Assembly: GCF_963921235.1 (NCBI RefSeq)
Contig: NC_086101.1
Coordinates: 8,558,001-8,622,000 of the forward strand
DNA from: Mobula hypostoma
Taxonomy: Eukaryota
DNA length: 64,000 nt
Direction: 5' to 3'
Positions 11,200-23,499 of the stretch are shown piece by piece (the stretch's first letter is position 1; every line of letters starts with the position of its first letter). The notes beneath the pieces were generated by a model that ran no database searches, had not been told where the DNA came from, and saw only the letters and a list, made by a program, of their open reading frames with translations. Both the position numbers and the translations under genes were made by a program.

Positions 11200-11655
11200 G
11201 TTTCAATATTTTTATTAATTTCCACATAGAAGAATACAGAGTACATGAAGATATATATATATATTATGAATCAAAAAAAAGATACAATAGTACCGAATAC
11301 ATTATATTTAAGTCACACTTACAATTGCAGTTTCCCATATTCATAATCAACCGCGTAAATTGAGTTAAATTGTAATATTGAATACGTGATAATTTTATTA
11401 TAGAGAAAATCTAAACCCCCTACAAAGATCGAAGCTGTTTGGTAAAGAAAGAAAGACGGAGAAAAATGCTTATCACGTAGTGATTTATGTTATTAGCCAA
11501 CATCTGTATTTAACACCAATCAAAGATTTTGAAAATAGTTCAGAAATGGTCCCCACAAACTTTGAAAGTCTTGGTTAGAATCAGAAATTGAACAACGGAT
11601 CTTCTGTAAATTTAAGTATGAGATAAACACTGTGTAACCACTGAGCGTGAGTAGA
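11200..11655 (-). mobile_element. L1-clade ORF2 C-terminus plus 3' UTR (similar UTR-like tract at 12440-12820)
   Basis: Minus strand reads THAQWLHS / YLNLQKIRCSISDSNQDFQSLWGPFLNYFQNL*, resembling fish L1 ORF2 ends. Confidence 0.6.
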
Positions 11656-13234
11656 CAACACCTCCCTCCTGTCTGGGTACTTGTTAGAATTAGTGACTGT
11701 ATCTGCTTCTGCCATCTCCTCTGGCAGAATTTTCCAAATGTCAGCCACTCTTCCGCACATCTTTAGATTGCTCAACGTTGCTGCGCAAGATGATAGGGAG
11801 GACAAGAAGGCATGTGGTGTGTTGGCTTTCGGTAGTGAGGGGATTGGCTTCAAGAGCCCCTAGGCAATGTTGCAGCTTTAAGTTAGAGCACACTTGGAGT
11901 ATTGAAGGTTGTGGAGGCTGCAGAGATGATCTGATAGAGGGTGCCTGGATTAAAGAGCATGTGTTTGAAAGGTTTAGTGAGCTAGAGCTTTTCCCTTTGG
12001 AATGAAGGAGGCGACTTGATAGAGGTGTACAAGTTGATGAGAGGAACAGGCAATAGACAGCCAGTGCCTTTCTCCCAGTGCAGCAATGGCTAATACAAGA
12101 AGGCATAATTTTAATCTGATAATCTGATTGGAGGAATGTATCGAGGGGATACATTCAGTAGGTTTTCTTATGCAGACAGTGGTGAGTGGATTGATCTTGG
12201 GGTAGGCTAAAAGGATGGCACAACATTGCGGGCCGAAAGGCCTGTACTCTGCTGTAGTGCTCTCTGCTCAATGATCTATGAATAGAAGCATAGAAAACCT
12301 ACAACACAATACAGGCCCTTCGGCCCACAATGCTGTGCCAAACATGTACTTACTTTAGAAATTACCTAGGGTTACCCATAACCCTCTATTTTTCTAAGCT
12401 CCGTGTATGCATCCAAGAGTCTTTTAAAAGACCCTATTGTCATTTTAAATGTTTTTATTAATGATTATTGAATATCAACAGCAGAGAAAAATACATCAAA
12501 ACAATCAAGATAACATATCTATATGTAGAGTAAAAGTTAAACTATCAACCAGGCTGAACAGTCTATCAATAATAATCAAGAAACAAAGTATTAACGCTTT
12601 TTTATGGAAAAAAGGAAAGAAAGAAAAAAAGAACCCCTACTAACTAAAACAGAGAAAACCCCTGATAACTAAAAAAAAGGGGGGGAACCATTTGGAGTAC
12701 AAACCCGGAGCTGTGCGCGATACAAGCTTCCATAAAAAAAAAGACATCAAACCGCCAACCAAATTCATATAACCAAGCATCAGAAAAGGACCATCTTAAT
12801 TAACTCAAGTCAAATGATCTTCCAGCAGATTATGTGTTACCCAATCTCCCCCTCCCTCCCTCCAGATAAAATCATTGAGCAATACAGCATGGATACAGGC
12901 CGTTCGGCCCAACCAGATCATACTGACACAGTACCTACTTAAGTTGGGCTCCAGGAAGAACTTCCTTTCCTCCAGGATTCTCAACCCTTGGAACCTTTTT
13001 ACTCAGGAGAGTTGTAGGAGCAAAGTCAATGGAAGTGTCATTGCGACCCGGTATGAATCAACTAGGCCAGAACAGTGTCAAGGAAGCAAATGGCCTATTC
13101 CTGTTCCTCTCCCTTTCCCTGATGTTACACATCTCTCCTTCTCATTTCTTACCCTGGTCCGGTCAATGTCCAGGGTTCTTCGACCCCCTTCAGTGAAAAT
13201 ACATTCCATCTTTTGTAAGAGCACTGAGGAGATT

Positions 13235-13510
13235 CAGGTGGCATGTAACCGTAGTGGTTAGCACGCTACACAGCACAGGCAATCCGGGTTCAATTCCCAC
13301 TGCTGCCCATAAGGAGTTTGTACATTCTCCCTGTGACCACGTGGATTTCCCCCCGGTATCCTGGTTTCCTCCCACGTTCCAAAGACGTACCTGCTGGCAG
13401 GTGAATTGGTCATTGTAAATTGTCCCATAATTAAGCTGGGGTTAGTTTGGGGGACTGACGGGTGACGTGGCTTGAAGGGTCGATTCTGTGCTGTATCTCA
13501 ATAAAAAAAG
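13235..13510 (+). mobile_element. V-SINE, near full length
   Basis: A box TAGTGGTTAG, B box GGTTCAATTCC, V-domain, AATAAA and A-rich tail. Confidence 0.85.
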
Positions 13511-14384
13511 AAAGGAAAAAAGTCATAATAATAATAAATAAAGAAGTATTGAGAACATAAGTTGTAGTGAGACTTGATGTGAGTTTAATGTTGGGGAGAG
13601 TGAAGTTCATGAGCCAGATGGCTGAGGGTTGGAATTCTGTCCTCTCTTATAAAAATTGTGTGTAATTTATAGCTGATTCATGTTTTGAGAATCAAAATCA
13701 GAATCAGGTTTACCATCACCAACAAATGGTATGAGATTTGTTGGTTTGAAGGAGCAAAGGGCTGGAAAGGGCTTTTCTGCGCTATTATCTTGATAAATAA
13801 ATTTATGGATTTGCGCAGGTGTTGCGTGGACTCGAGGGTCACCATTACGGAGAGAGGTTGAGCAGGCTGGAACTTTATCGACTGCACTTAGGAGACTGAA
13901 GAGTGGTCTGAAAGAGAAGTATAAAAGCATGAAGGGTGCGGAGAGTGTGAATGCGCACAGGGTTAGGGAGTCAAGAACATGAGGGAATAGCTTTAAGGTG
14001 AGAGTGTAAAGATTCAATAGCAACCTCACGGACACACAACTTTACTATCCAGAGGGTGGTGAGGATGTGGAAGGGGCTGAAGGATGTTGACTAATAACAT
14101 TTAAAAGGTACTTGGACACACAAAAGAGCAAATTTCATGTTATCAAACACAGGACACTAGAGGAACTCAGGTAGCGTCTGTGGAGGGGAATAAACAGTCA
14201 ACATTTCAGGCCAAGATCATGTCTTACGGCCAGGGTAGTCAGTGATAAAGGACCTGATTCTGGCATGGGTAGGAGAGGTTTCGAAGGGTATGGGTCAAAC
14301 ACGGGCACTAGCTTAATGGGAGTCTGGGCTGGGCCAAAGGCCTGATTCCATGCTGTATGACTGTGATCACAAGACACTGTTGGA

Positions 14385-14800
14385 CAGTGGTCACGTAGAA
14401 TACGGGAAGTCTGGTTCACCGGTGAAGCCAGCGGCCGGGGGAGCTGTGTTGCCTCAGTTATTGCGCGGACCAGGCCCCCATGTCGTGGGGTCACCAGTGA
14501 AGCTTCCCGGGAGAGGAGACGCTGGAGGCGGTGTGGGAGTGGGAAGAGGTGGGTGTGCTGGAATCCGGGCTGGCCCTTCCTGTTGGTGCTGCCCTCCAGT
14601 ATATGCTCAGTGGGACACAAGCTGGATTGATTTCCTCTGCGGCTGACCCAGCACGAGATGAGGAACTGTTGCATGCTTATTCTTGCAGAAACGTGGCTCC
14701 AGGACCACATCCCACGCACCCTCAACTTTCAGGCCATGCTACTCAGGAGCTTGTACTAATATTATTTTTATTGACTCTGTTTTTTTTTTGCTGTCATAAC
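14385..14800 (+). mobile_element. Internally deleted Rex/Babar-like derivative (second copy 30250-30750, -)
   Basis: KLD*FPLRLTQHEMRNCCMLILAETWLQDHIP is an APE endonuclease N-terminus (ETWL motif) joined directly to 3' UTR-like sequence. Confidence 0.65.
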
Positions 14801-15319
14801 TATAGGTGCTATTTAAGGCTGAGAGGGAAATTGGATCAACCATGATGAAATGGTGAAGCAGATTCAATGAGCCAATTGGCCTAATTATGCTCCTATATCT
14901 CATGATCTTATACCTTATGTGTTGCGTGTGACTGTTGGTACAGTGTTTTGCACCTTGGCCCCAGGGGAACTGTATTTCATTTGGCCGTAGTCATGTGTAT
15001 GTTGAATGAAATTTAACCTTCTCTCACACATCCACTTGTTTGGAGGAAAGGGTGCTGACGCCATACATGAACTCTCTCTGACAGATGACATTTTCAAAAG
15101 TTTATGGTAGTGGTTGAAGTGCTCACATCCTTTGGGTTTTCCTTTCATTTAAGGACTTTCTTGACGATTTTCTGGAGCAGTGTGAGAGAGGGTATTAGGA
15201 AACGAAACTACTGAGGGCTGTATTTGGGTACTTTGGTAGTTACAGGCAGTTTAGTTGATAGTTCCCTAAAGAAACTGTACCAAAGTAACATTTTCTAAAC
15301 GTTCTTTACTGACACAGAG

Positions 15320-15612
15320 TCAGGGGGCAGCACAATAATGTAATGGCCAGCAAAACACTTTTCTGTACTGGCGATCAGAGCTCAATACCCACCACGGTCT
15401 GTAATCAGATTGTACGTGATCACAAGGTTCCTCCCACAGTCCAAAGATGTACATCTTAGAGTTAGTCAGTTGTGGGCACGTTGCGTAGGTGCCAGAACTG
15501 GTGGCGACGCTTGCAGACTGGCCCAGCCCACTTTCAGACTGCGTCGGTCGGTGACGCAAGCAACAACACATTTCACTGTATGTTTCGGTGTCCACGTGGC
15601 AAATAAATCATT
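15320..15612 (+). mobile_element. V-SINE
   Basis: GGTTCCTCCCACAGTCCAAAGATGTAC and shared tail ending AAATAAA. Confidence 0.75.
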
Positions 15613-16204
15613 TAAGCATCTTCAGCGCACCGAAGCAGGCCTACGGAATCTGCACGCACTGACCGCAGGTTTGAGCTTTGGGCCTCATCTTCCAGGCTGG
15701 CACAGGTCTCCGAACCTGGTGACCAGGGGCGGGGGCAGATGCTGCCTGACCCCGGCTGGCTGCCTCCACCATCGCCTTGGAGCTACAGGACTTATAGGCT
15801 GTTGCTCCTCTCCTGAACCTGCGCTGACGCTTTGCAGACGCAAGCCGGGAAACCACATGCCCGGCTCCGCCCCCTCGCAGGTGACCCAGGACTCCTTGGA
15901 AAGTGCTGAGGCTGTCAGCATTCTGAACCGTGCCCCCCCCAAAACCATGCGGCAACTTTCCGACTGGCTTCAGCAGGGGAAATGCCCTCTGCTTTCGCAG
16001 TCTCCTCTCCCTGCCCGCCGCCCCCCCCCCCAACCCAGCATCAGGGCAGTGAAATGTCAAACCGTGGTGATAAGGAGGTGGTAGGAAGCTAAGAAATGCT
16101 GGGCAAGTCCACTATCAGATTGAGCTCTCCTGCGACCTCACTGCTCTCCCCCTCTCCCACTCACTGCATGCACGCCAAGGCTGGAGGGAGGTTAACCTCA
16201 CCAC

Positions 16205-16397
16205 AAACAAGAGAGAATCTGCAGATGCTGGAAATCCAAGCAACACACACAAAATGCTGGAAGAGCTCAGCAGGCCAGGCAGCATCTATAGAAAAGAAAT
16301 ACCCTTCAGCAGGACTGGAGAAGGGTCTCGGCCCAAAACGCCGACTGTACTTTTTTCCCATAGATGCTGTCTCGCCTGCTGATTTTGTGTGTGTTCC
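16205..16397. mobile_element. Fold-back PLE pseudo-LTR derivative
   Basis: CTGCAGATGCTGGAAATCCAAGCAACACACACAAAATG arm, degenerate hammerhead GAAGGGTCTCGGCCCAAAACGCCGACT, inverted ATTTTGTGTGTGTT end. Confidence 0.8.
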
Positions 16398-16782
16398 AGG
16401 GAAATTAACCTCTTGGCATCCTGTCCTGCAGTCATCAGGGCATGCTTCATAGAGCGCAGTACAAAACAGACACTTCGGCCCACAATGTTACAGCAGATTA
16501 AAGCTCCAGCTTTTTAATCCACTCAAAGATCAATTTAACCCTTTCCTCCCACATAGCCCTCTATTTTTCTTTCATCTACGTACCTGTCTAAGAGTCTCTT
16601 AAATATCCCTAATGTATCTACCTCTACCACCACCCCTGGCAGTGGGTCCTATGTCAAAATGGCATTTCTTTGTTCAGACTTCAGGACTGTTTGGTATCCA
16701 ACGATGACAGGAAACCTGCGTGGGAGAGCTTTTGAAGTAGAAAAGCTGTTGCACTGAGGCAGTCCCGTTCTCTCAACCTCAG

Positions 16783-17074
16783 AGCTCCGGGTCCGGTGGT
16801 ACGAGTAGTCGTCACAAACTAGGCTCTTCCTTGGTTGCGGTGGATGACCGTGACTTCTTCTGTGCCTCGTCGTGCCCCTCGCTCTCCGCTGAAGCGTTGC
16901 TGAGCCGCCCCCCCACCCCCGGCCGGCGGAGCTCACTGTTCATCACGTCCGCCCAGCCCGCTAGAGCTGACCTCACTTTGCTCGGACAGGCGCTGAGGTG
17001 TGAGTCCTGCCAGCTACCCTCACCTGGCTACTTGGAGCCACAGGTGAGAGCTGAGTGTCCGGTGGGGACCAAAG
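16783..17074 (+). CDS. Candidate coding exon, unidentified Ser/Pro-rich product
   Basis: Acceptor CCCGTTCTCTCAACCTCAG|, open frame SSGSGGTSSRHKLGSSLVAVDDRDFF...GYLEPQVRAECPVGTK, consensus donor AAG|GTGAGT (phase 1) and alternative CAG|GTGAGA at 17043; non-repeat GC-rich DNA. Confidence 0.35.
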
Positions 17075-17594
17075 GTGAGTGAGCTGCCCCCGAATGGACA
17101 CGACAAGCCCAGTCACCAGATGTGTCACCCCCTCCCTGGACACACCACACCCACTGTTCCCTGTAAGCTGTGCAGGTGCATGGCCATACAGCAAATGAAA
17201 TGCACATACCTTTGCTACTGCACGGCTGTTCATTCTAAATGAGCACCGCACAGGACCGAAACAAGCTACAGGAAGGTAAAATTAGTCAGCTCCATCTTGG
17301 GTAGTAGCCTCCGTGGCTACCGGTGCCTCAGAATGGCAATGTCCATTATTATGGACCCCCATCACCCAGAACATGCTTTCTTCTCATTGTTGCCATCAGG
17401 AAGGAGGTACGCACACACTCGGCGATTCTGGAACAGCTTCTTCCCCTCTGCCACCTGACTCTTAAATCGACATTCATGTTCATCCACTGCTACCAAGGTT
17501 ACACATTATATCAGAGTGATAGGAAGGTAGGCAGAGGGGGTGGTGTGGCTCTACTGGTAAATAATGGCATCAAATCAGTAGAAAGATGTGACAT

Positions 17595-18223
17595 TATGAT
17601 TATTATGATTATGAGGACACGCAGTCCCCTTTTATTGTCATTGAATAATGCATGTATTAAGAAATGATACAATGTTTTTCCAGAATGATATCACGAAAAC
17701 ACATGACAAACCAACTTAAAAACTAACAAGAACCACATAATTATAACATATAGTTACAACAGTGCAAAGCCATACCGTAATTTGATAAGAACAGACCATG
17801 GCACAGTAAAAGTCTCAAAGTGTCTCGAAAGTCCCATCATCTCACACCGACGGTAAACCTCCAGCGCCCTCAACTTGCCGATGCAGCATCCCGGAAGCAT
17901 CCGACCACAGTCCGACTCCGAGTCCGTCCAAAAACTCCAAGCCTCCGACCACCTCTCTGACACCAAGCACCGAGCACCATCTCTGCCGGCAACAGACGAT
18001 AGGCAAAGCCGAGGATTTGGGGCTTTCATCTCTGGAGATTCTCGATCGCACAGTAGCAGCGGCAGCGAAGCGGATTTCAGATGTTACTCCAGATGTTCCT
18101 CTGCGCTTCTCACGGCTGTCTCCATCAAATCTGGATTGTGCACGGTCCCTAGTTACACATAATCAATATTCATTCATAACGGCCGTGTGCGCTGCGTCAC
18201 ACCGCCACCTTCTCCTCCCTCCC
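17595..18223 (-). mobile_element. ~630-bp non-autonomous LINE-tailed element (second copy about 32480-33110, -)
   Basis: Splits host ERCDI|GSEDVESLW; GC-rich 5' end, TGACAATAAA and (ATAATC)n tail; highly similar second copy. Confidence 0.8.
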
Positions 18224-19057
18224 AGGATCGGAAGATGTTGAATCCTTGTGGGTTGATGTAAGGAACTGCAAGGGTAAAAGGACATTGATGGCAATTATAT
18301 ACAGGCCTCCCAACAGTGGCTGGGAGGTGGACCACAGGCTACAACAGGAAATAGAAAAGGCGTGTCAAAAGGACAATGTTATGGTAGTCATGGGAGATTT
18401 TAACACACAGGTTGATGGGGAAAATTAGGTTGGTAATTGATCTCAAGAGAGTGAGTTTGTTCAATGCCTAAGAGATGGCTTTTTAGAGCAGTTTGTCATT
18501 GAGCCTACTAGAGAATCAGCTATACTGGATTAGGTGTATTGTAATGAACCAGATGCAATCAGGGAGGTTAAGGTAAAAGAACCCTCAGGAACCAGTGATC
18601 ACAATATGATCGAGTTCAACTTGAAACTTGATAGGGGGAAAGTAAAGTCTAATGTAGCAGTATTTCAGTGGAGTAAGGGAAATTACAGTGGTAACAGAGA
18701 GGAGTTGGCAAAGTAAATTGGAAAGAGCAGCTGGCGGGGATGTCAGCAGAGCAGGAATGGTGTGTTTCTGGGGAAAATGAGGAAGCCGCAGAACATATGT
18801 CTTCCAAAAATGAAGAAATACTCAAATGGCAAAATAGTACAACAGTCAAAGCAAAACAGTCAAATGCAAACGAAAGGGCATACAACAAAGCGAAAATTAG
18901 TGGGATGATAGCAGATTGGGAAGTTTTTAAAAACCTACAGAGAGCAACTAAAAATATCATGAGAAGGGAAAAGATGAAATATGAAAGCAAGCTATCAAAT
19001 GGATAGAAAAAGTTTTTCCAAGTATGTTAAAAATAAAAGAGAAATGAGAGTGGATAT

Positions 19058-19409
19058 CGTTGTGGTGGCTATCCCTCGAGGTCGAGGATGATGGTTTTCG
19101 TTCTGTTGATCGACTTATGGGCTCTCAAGTGGCTTATGAGTCCAATCTTGGCTTTGAAAGTTCTTCCGCATTCAGGACAGGTAGTTCCAGATGGCAGATC
19201 GGGCTTTGGTTGTTGCTGCCTCTCTTTCTATTTTCTTCCCTTTTCTTCTAATTCTGCACATCTGTTGGCTTCGAAAGTTGCTGTTCCTTCTCGGATGATG
19301 GCTTGCCAGAGTTTCCTGTCCTTGGCATTGGTTTCCCAATTGTTGATGTCGATGTTACATTTCTTCATGTTGGCTTTTAAGACGTCTCTGAATCTCTTCT
19401 GTTATATAA
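19058..19409 (-). mobile_element. RTE-clade LINE 3' fragment with C2H2-type finger
   Basis: QKRFRDVLKANMKKCNIDINNWETNAKDRKLW..CPECGRTFKAKIGLISHLRAH; TSD TGGATAT at 19051-19057 and 19410-19416. Confidence 0.85.
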
Positions 19410-21084
19410 TGGATATAGAACCACTAGGACAAATAATAACAGGGGACAAGGAGGTGGCTGATGAACTAAGTAAGTATTTTGTTCAGTCTTCACTGTGGAA
19501 GACACTGGCAGTGTGCCTGATGTTGTAGTGTGTGAAGGAAGAGAAGTTAGTGAAGTTACTATTACAAGAGAGAAGGTGCTCAAAAAGCTGAAAGACCTAA
19601 AGGTTCATAAGTCACCCGGACCAGAGGAACTGCACCCTAGGGTTCTGAAAGAGGCAGCATTAGAGATTGTGGTGGCATTGGAAATGATCTCTCAAAAATG
19701 ATTGGACTCTTGCATGGTGCCAGAGGACTGGAAAATTGTAAATATCACTGCACTCTTTAAGAAAGGAGGAAGGCAGCAGAAAGGAAACTATAGACCAGTT
19801 AGCCTGACCTCAGTGTATGGGAAGATGTTAGAGTCAATTGTTAAGGATGAGGTGATGGAGTACTTGGTGACACAAGTCAAGGTAGTACAAGGTCAGCATG
19901 GTTTCCTTCAGGGAAAATCCTGCCTGACAAACCTGTTGGAATTGTTTGAGGAGATTACAAAGAGGATAGATAAAGAGGATGTTGTGGATGTTGTATATTT
20001 GGACTTCCAGAAGGCCTTTGACAAGGTGCCACACATGAGGCTGCTTATCAAGTTAAGAGCCCATGGTATTACAGGAAATTTACTAAGATGGTTAGAGTAT
20101 TGGATGATTGGTAGGAGGTAGCAAGTGGGAATAAAAGGATCCAGGAATCTGAGTTGCAGAGGGACCTGGGAATCTTTGTGCAGAACACCCTGAAGGTTAA
20201 CTTGCAGGCTGAGTTGGTGGTGAGGAAGGCAAATGCCATGTTAGCATTCATTTCAAAAGGTCTAGAATACAAGAGCAAGGATGTGATGCTGAGGCTTTAT
20301 AAGGCACTGGTGAGGCCTCACTTTGAGTATTGTGAATAGTTTTAGGCCCCTCATCTTAGAAAAGATGCTGGCATTGGAGGGGATCCAGAGGAGGTTCACA
20401 ATGATGATTCCAGGAATGAAAGGTTAGCATATGAGGAATGTTTCATGGGTGTGGGTCTAAACTCACTGGAATTCAGAAGAATGAGGGGGAATCTCATTGA
20501 AACCTTTCGACTGTTGAAAGGACTAGACCAAGTAGATGTGGAAAGGATGTTTCCCATGGGGAAATACATGTCATTCACAAGAAAACATAAATTCGACATA
20601 AATTGTATGAAATTATATAAGAAAGAACACAATTATAACAAAAAAAGCACAGCTTATTCCTTGAGATGAGGTTTGTGCAGCTTGGTTGAAGAAGTAAATG
20701 GATGGAAGCTATTCCTGAACCCGCGGTCTGTCCTTTGCAAGTGTTGGGGTGGGAGTGGCACAATGGGTAGAGCAGCTGTCTCACAGCTCCAGGGACCCAG
20801 GTTCGATCTGTGTGTGAAGTGTCCATGTTCTCCCAGTGGCCTCAATGATACTGCACTGATATTCTCTAATGGCCGGATGTCCAGGCTGGATTGTCAACGC
20901 TCTTCAAAACCTGGTTTGGAGATAGGAGGCAGAGGGTAGTGCTATAGGGTTGTTGTTTTGACTGGAGGTCTTTGACCATGGAGTGGTGCAGTTGTGAGCT
21001 ACATTAGTGGTTTACTGATTCTGATATCAATGAATGTAGGAAACCATAAATGCAACAAGTTCTGCGAACAAATTCACATAAAAA

Positions 21085-21480
21085 GGTGTGTCAAAATGGC
21101 AATGTAATGATAGTCATGGGAGATTTTAACATGCATGTAGCATGTTAAATTTTTGGGAAGATCAGGTTGGTAATGGATCCCAAAAGAGTGAATTTGTTGA
21201 ATGCCTACAAAATGCCTTTTTAGAGCAGTTTGCCATTGAGCCTGCTAGGGGAACAGCTATACTGGATTGGGTGTTACCTAATGAACCAGAGGTGATTAGG
21301 GAGCTTAAGGAAAAGGAACCCTCAGGAAACAGTGATCAACTTGAAATTTGATAGGGAGAAAGTAAAGTCTGACATAGCAGTATTTCAGTGGAGTAAAGGA
21401 AATTACAGTGGTGTAAGAGAGGAGTTGACCACAGTAAATTGGAAGGAGCTGCTGACAGGGATGTCAGTTGAACAGCAATG
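21085..21480 (+). mobile_element. CR1 EN fragment (probable left part of element continuing at 27745)
   Basis: MGDFN..EFVECLQNAFLEQFAIEPARGTAILDWVL; similar to 18350-18760. Confidence 0.8.
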
Positions 21481-21632
21481 ATTATTCCTTGATGTCCCAA
21501 CTAATTAGGAATCTACAAACTTCCACTTTGAATATACCCCATGGAACTTGGCCTCCACCACAGGGCGTATCAGAGCATTCCCCAGATTCACCATTCTTTG
21601 CCTTAAAAAATTCCTTCTTACTTCTGCTCTAA

Positions 21633-21943
21633 CCGTGTGGATAGTCAGGGCTGAAATGGCTGCCACAAGAGGGCATAGGTTTAAGGTGCTGGGGAGTAGG
21701 TACAGAGGAGATGTCAGGGGTAAGTTTATTACTCAGAGAGGGGTGAGTGCGTGGAATGGGCTGCCGGCAACGGTGGTGGAGGCGGATACCATAGGGTCTT
21801 TTCAGAGACTTTTGGATAGGTGCATGGAGTTTAGAAAAATAGAGGGCTATGGGTAAGCCTAGTAATTTCTAAGGTAGGGACATGTTCGACACAACTTTGT
21901 GGGCCGAGGGGCCTGTATTGTGCTGTGGGTTTTCTAGGTTTCT
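21633..21943 (+). mobile_element. Young CR1 3' fragment, subfamily B (also 12283-12440, 53424-53780, 61043-61915)
   Basis: RAEMAATRGHRFKVLGSRYRGDVRGK..RKIEGYG; flanked by TCTAA on both sides. Confidence 0.85.
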
Positions 21944-22129
21944 AAAAGGTCACCCCTCAATTTATCATAAACTAGAGGCTGTGCCCTCTCGTTTATGATA
22001 CCCCCACCAGAGGAAACATCCTCTCCACATCCACCTTATCTAGTCCTTTCAACATTCAGTAGGTTTCAATGAGATCCCCATGCATTCTTCTAAATTCCAG
22101 TGAGTACAGGCCTAAAGCTGCCAACATTC

Positions 22130-22566
22130 ATATAACCATATAACCATATAACAATTACAGCATGGAAACAGGCCATCTCAGCCCTTCTAGTCCATGCCGA
22201 ACTCTTACTCTCACCTAGTCCCACCGACCTGCACTCAGCCCATAACCCTCCATTCCTTTCCTGTCCATATATCTATCCAATTTAACTTTAAACGACAACA
22301 TCGAACCTGCCTCAACCACTTCTGCTGGAAGCTCGTTCCACACAGCTACCACTCTCTGAGTAAAGAAGTTCCCCCTCATGTTACCCCTGAACTTTTGCCC
22401 TTTAACTCTCAACTCATGTCCTCTTGTTTGAATCTCCCCCATTCTCAATAGAAAAAGCCTATCCACGTCAACTCTATCAATCCCCCTCATAATTTTGAAC
22501 ACCTCTATCAAGTCCCCCCTCAACCTTCTATGCTCCAAAGAATAAAGAATAAAAAATAAAGAATAA
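22130..22566 (-). mobile_element. Young CR1 3' fragment, subfamily A
   Basis: GDLIEVFKIMRGIDRVDVDRLF..MEGYGLSAGRWD, (ATGGTTAT)n tail; nearly identical to 45585-45985. Confidence 0.9.
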
Positions 22567-23499
22567 CTCCTCATATGTTAACCCCTTCATACCCGGAATC
22601 ATCCTCGTGAATCTCCTCTGGACTCTCTCCAATGACAACACATTCTTTCTGAGATAAGGGGCCCAAAACTGTTGACAATACTAGTGTCCTATATAGGCTT
22701 AACATTATCTCCTTGATTTTATATTCTATTTGCATTGAAATAAATGGCAACATTGCATTTGCCTTCTTTACCTGTGAAGTAACTTTCTGGGACTTGCACG
22801 AAGACTCCTAAGTCCCTTTGCACTACTGATGTTTGCATTTTTCCCCATTTAGATAATCGTCTGCACTGTTGTTCCTTTTACTAAAATGCATGACCATACA
22901 TTTTCCAACACCGTATTCCATCTGCCACTTTTTTGCCCATTCATCTAACTTGTCTAAATCCTGTTGCAATCGCATTGCTTTCTCAGCACTACCTACCCCT
23001 CTGCCTATCTTCGTATCATCTGCAAACTTTGCCACAAAGCCATCAACTCCACGATATAAATCATTGACAAAGAACAAAGGCAGTGGTCCCAGTACTGACC
23101 CCTGAGGAACACCACTAGTCACTGGCAGCCGATTAGAAAAGGCCCCATTTATTCCCACTCTGCCTCCTGCCTGTCAGCAATTCCTCAAGAATGGCAGTAT
23201 CTTTTGTTGAACACCATAGGATTTTATCTTGTTAAGCAGCCTCATGTGAGGCACCTTATCAAATGCCTTCCAAAAATTCAAGCAAATGACATCCACTGCC
23301 TCTCCTTTGTCCACCCTGTTTGTTACTTCCTCAAAGAACTCTAACAGATTGGTCAGGCAAGATTTCCCTTTACAGAAACATGCTGACTTTGACTTAATTT
23401 ATCATTAGTGTCCAAGTACCCTGAAACCTTATCCTTAATAAAAGACTCCAATATTTTCCCAACCACTGAGGGTAGGCTAACTGGCCTATAATTTCCTCT

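Larger units (their letters stand above)
17485..20560 (+). mobile_element. CR1 ORF2 (EN+RT), decayed, with two nested inserts and an internal deletion
   Basis: QGYTLYQSDRKVGRGGGVALLV, IYRPPNS, MGDFN, SDHN, NYRPVSLTS, QHGF, YLDFQKAFDKVPH. Confidence 0.92.

Noticed and set aside
13235..13310. tRNA gene
   Set aside because: A/B boxes belong to a SINE head followed by the V-domain; no full cloverleaf
8454..15191. Faint resemblance of short peptides (GTPDL, DFLDDFLEQ) to the RelB N-terminus
   Set aside because: Too short to be meaningful, and no Rel homology domain exon was found in the window
15410..16084. 224-aa ORF
   Set aside because: Starts inside a V-SINE at a non-ATG codon and runs through GC-rich DNA with no recognisable domain
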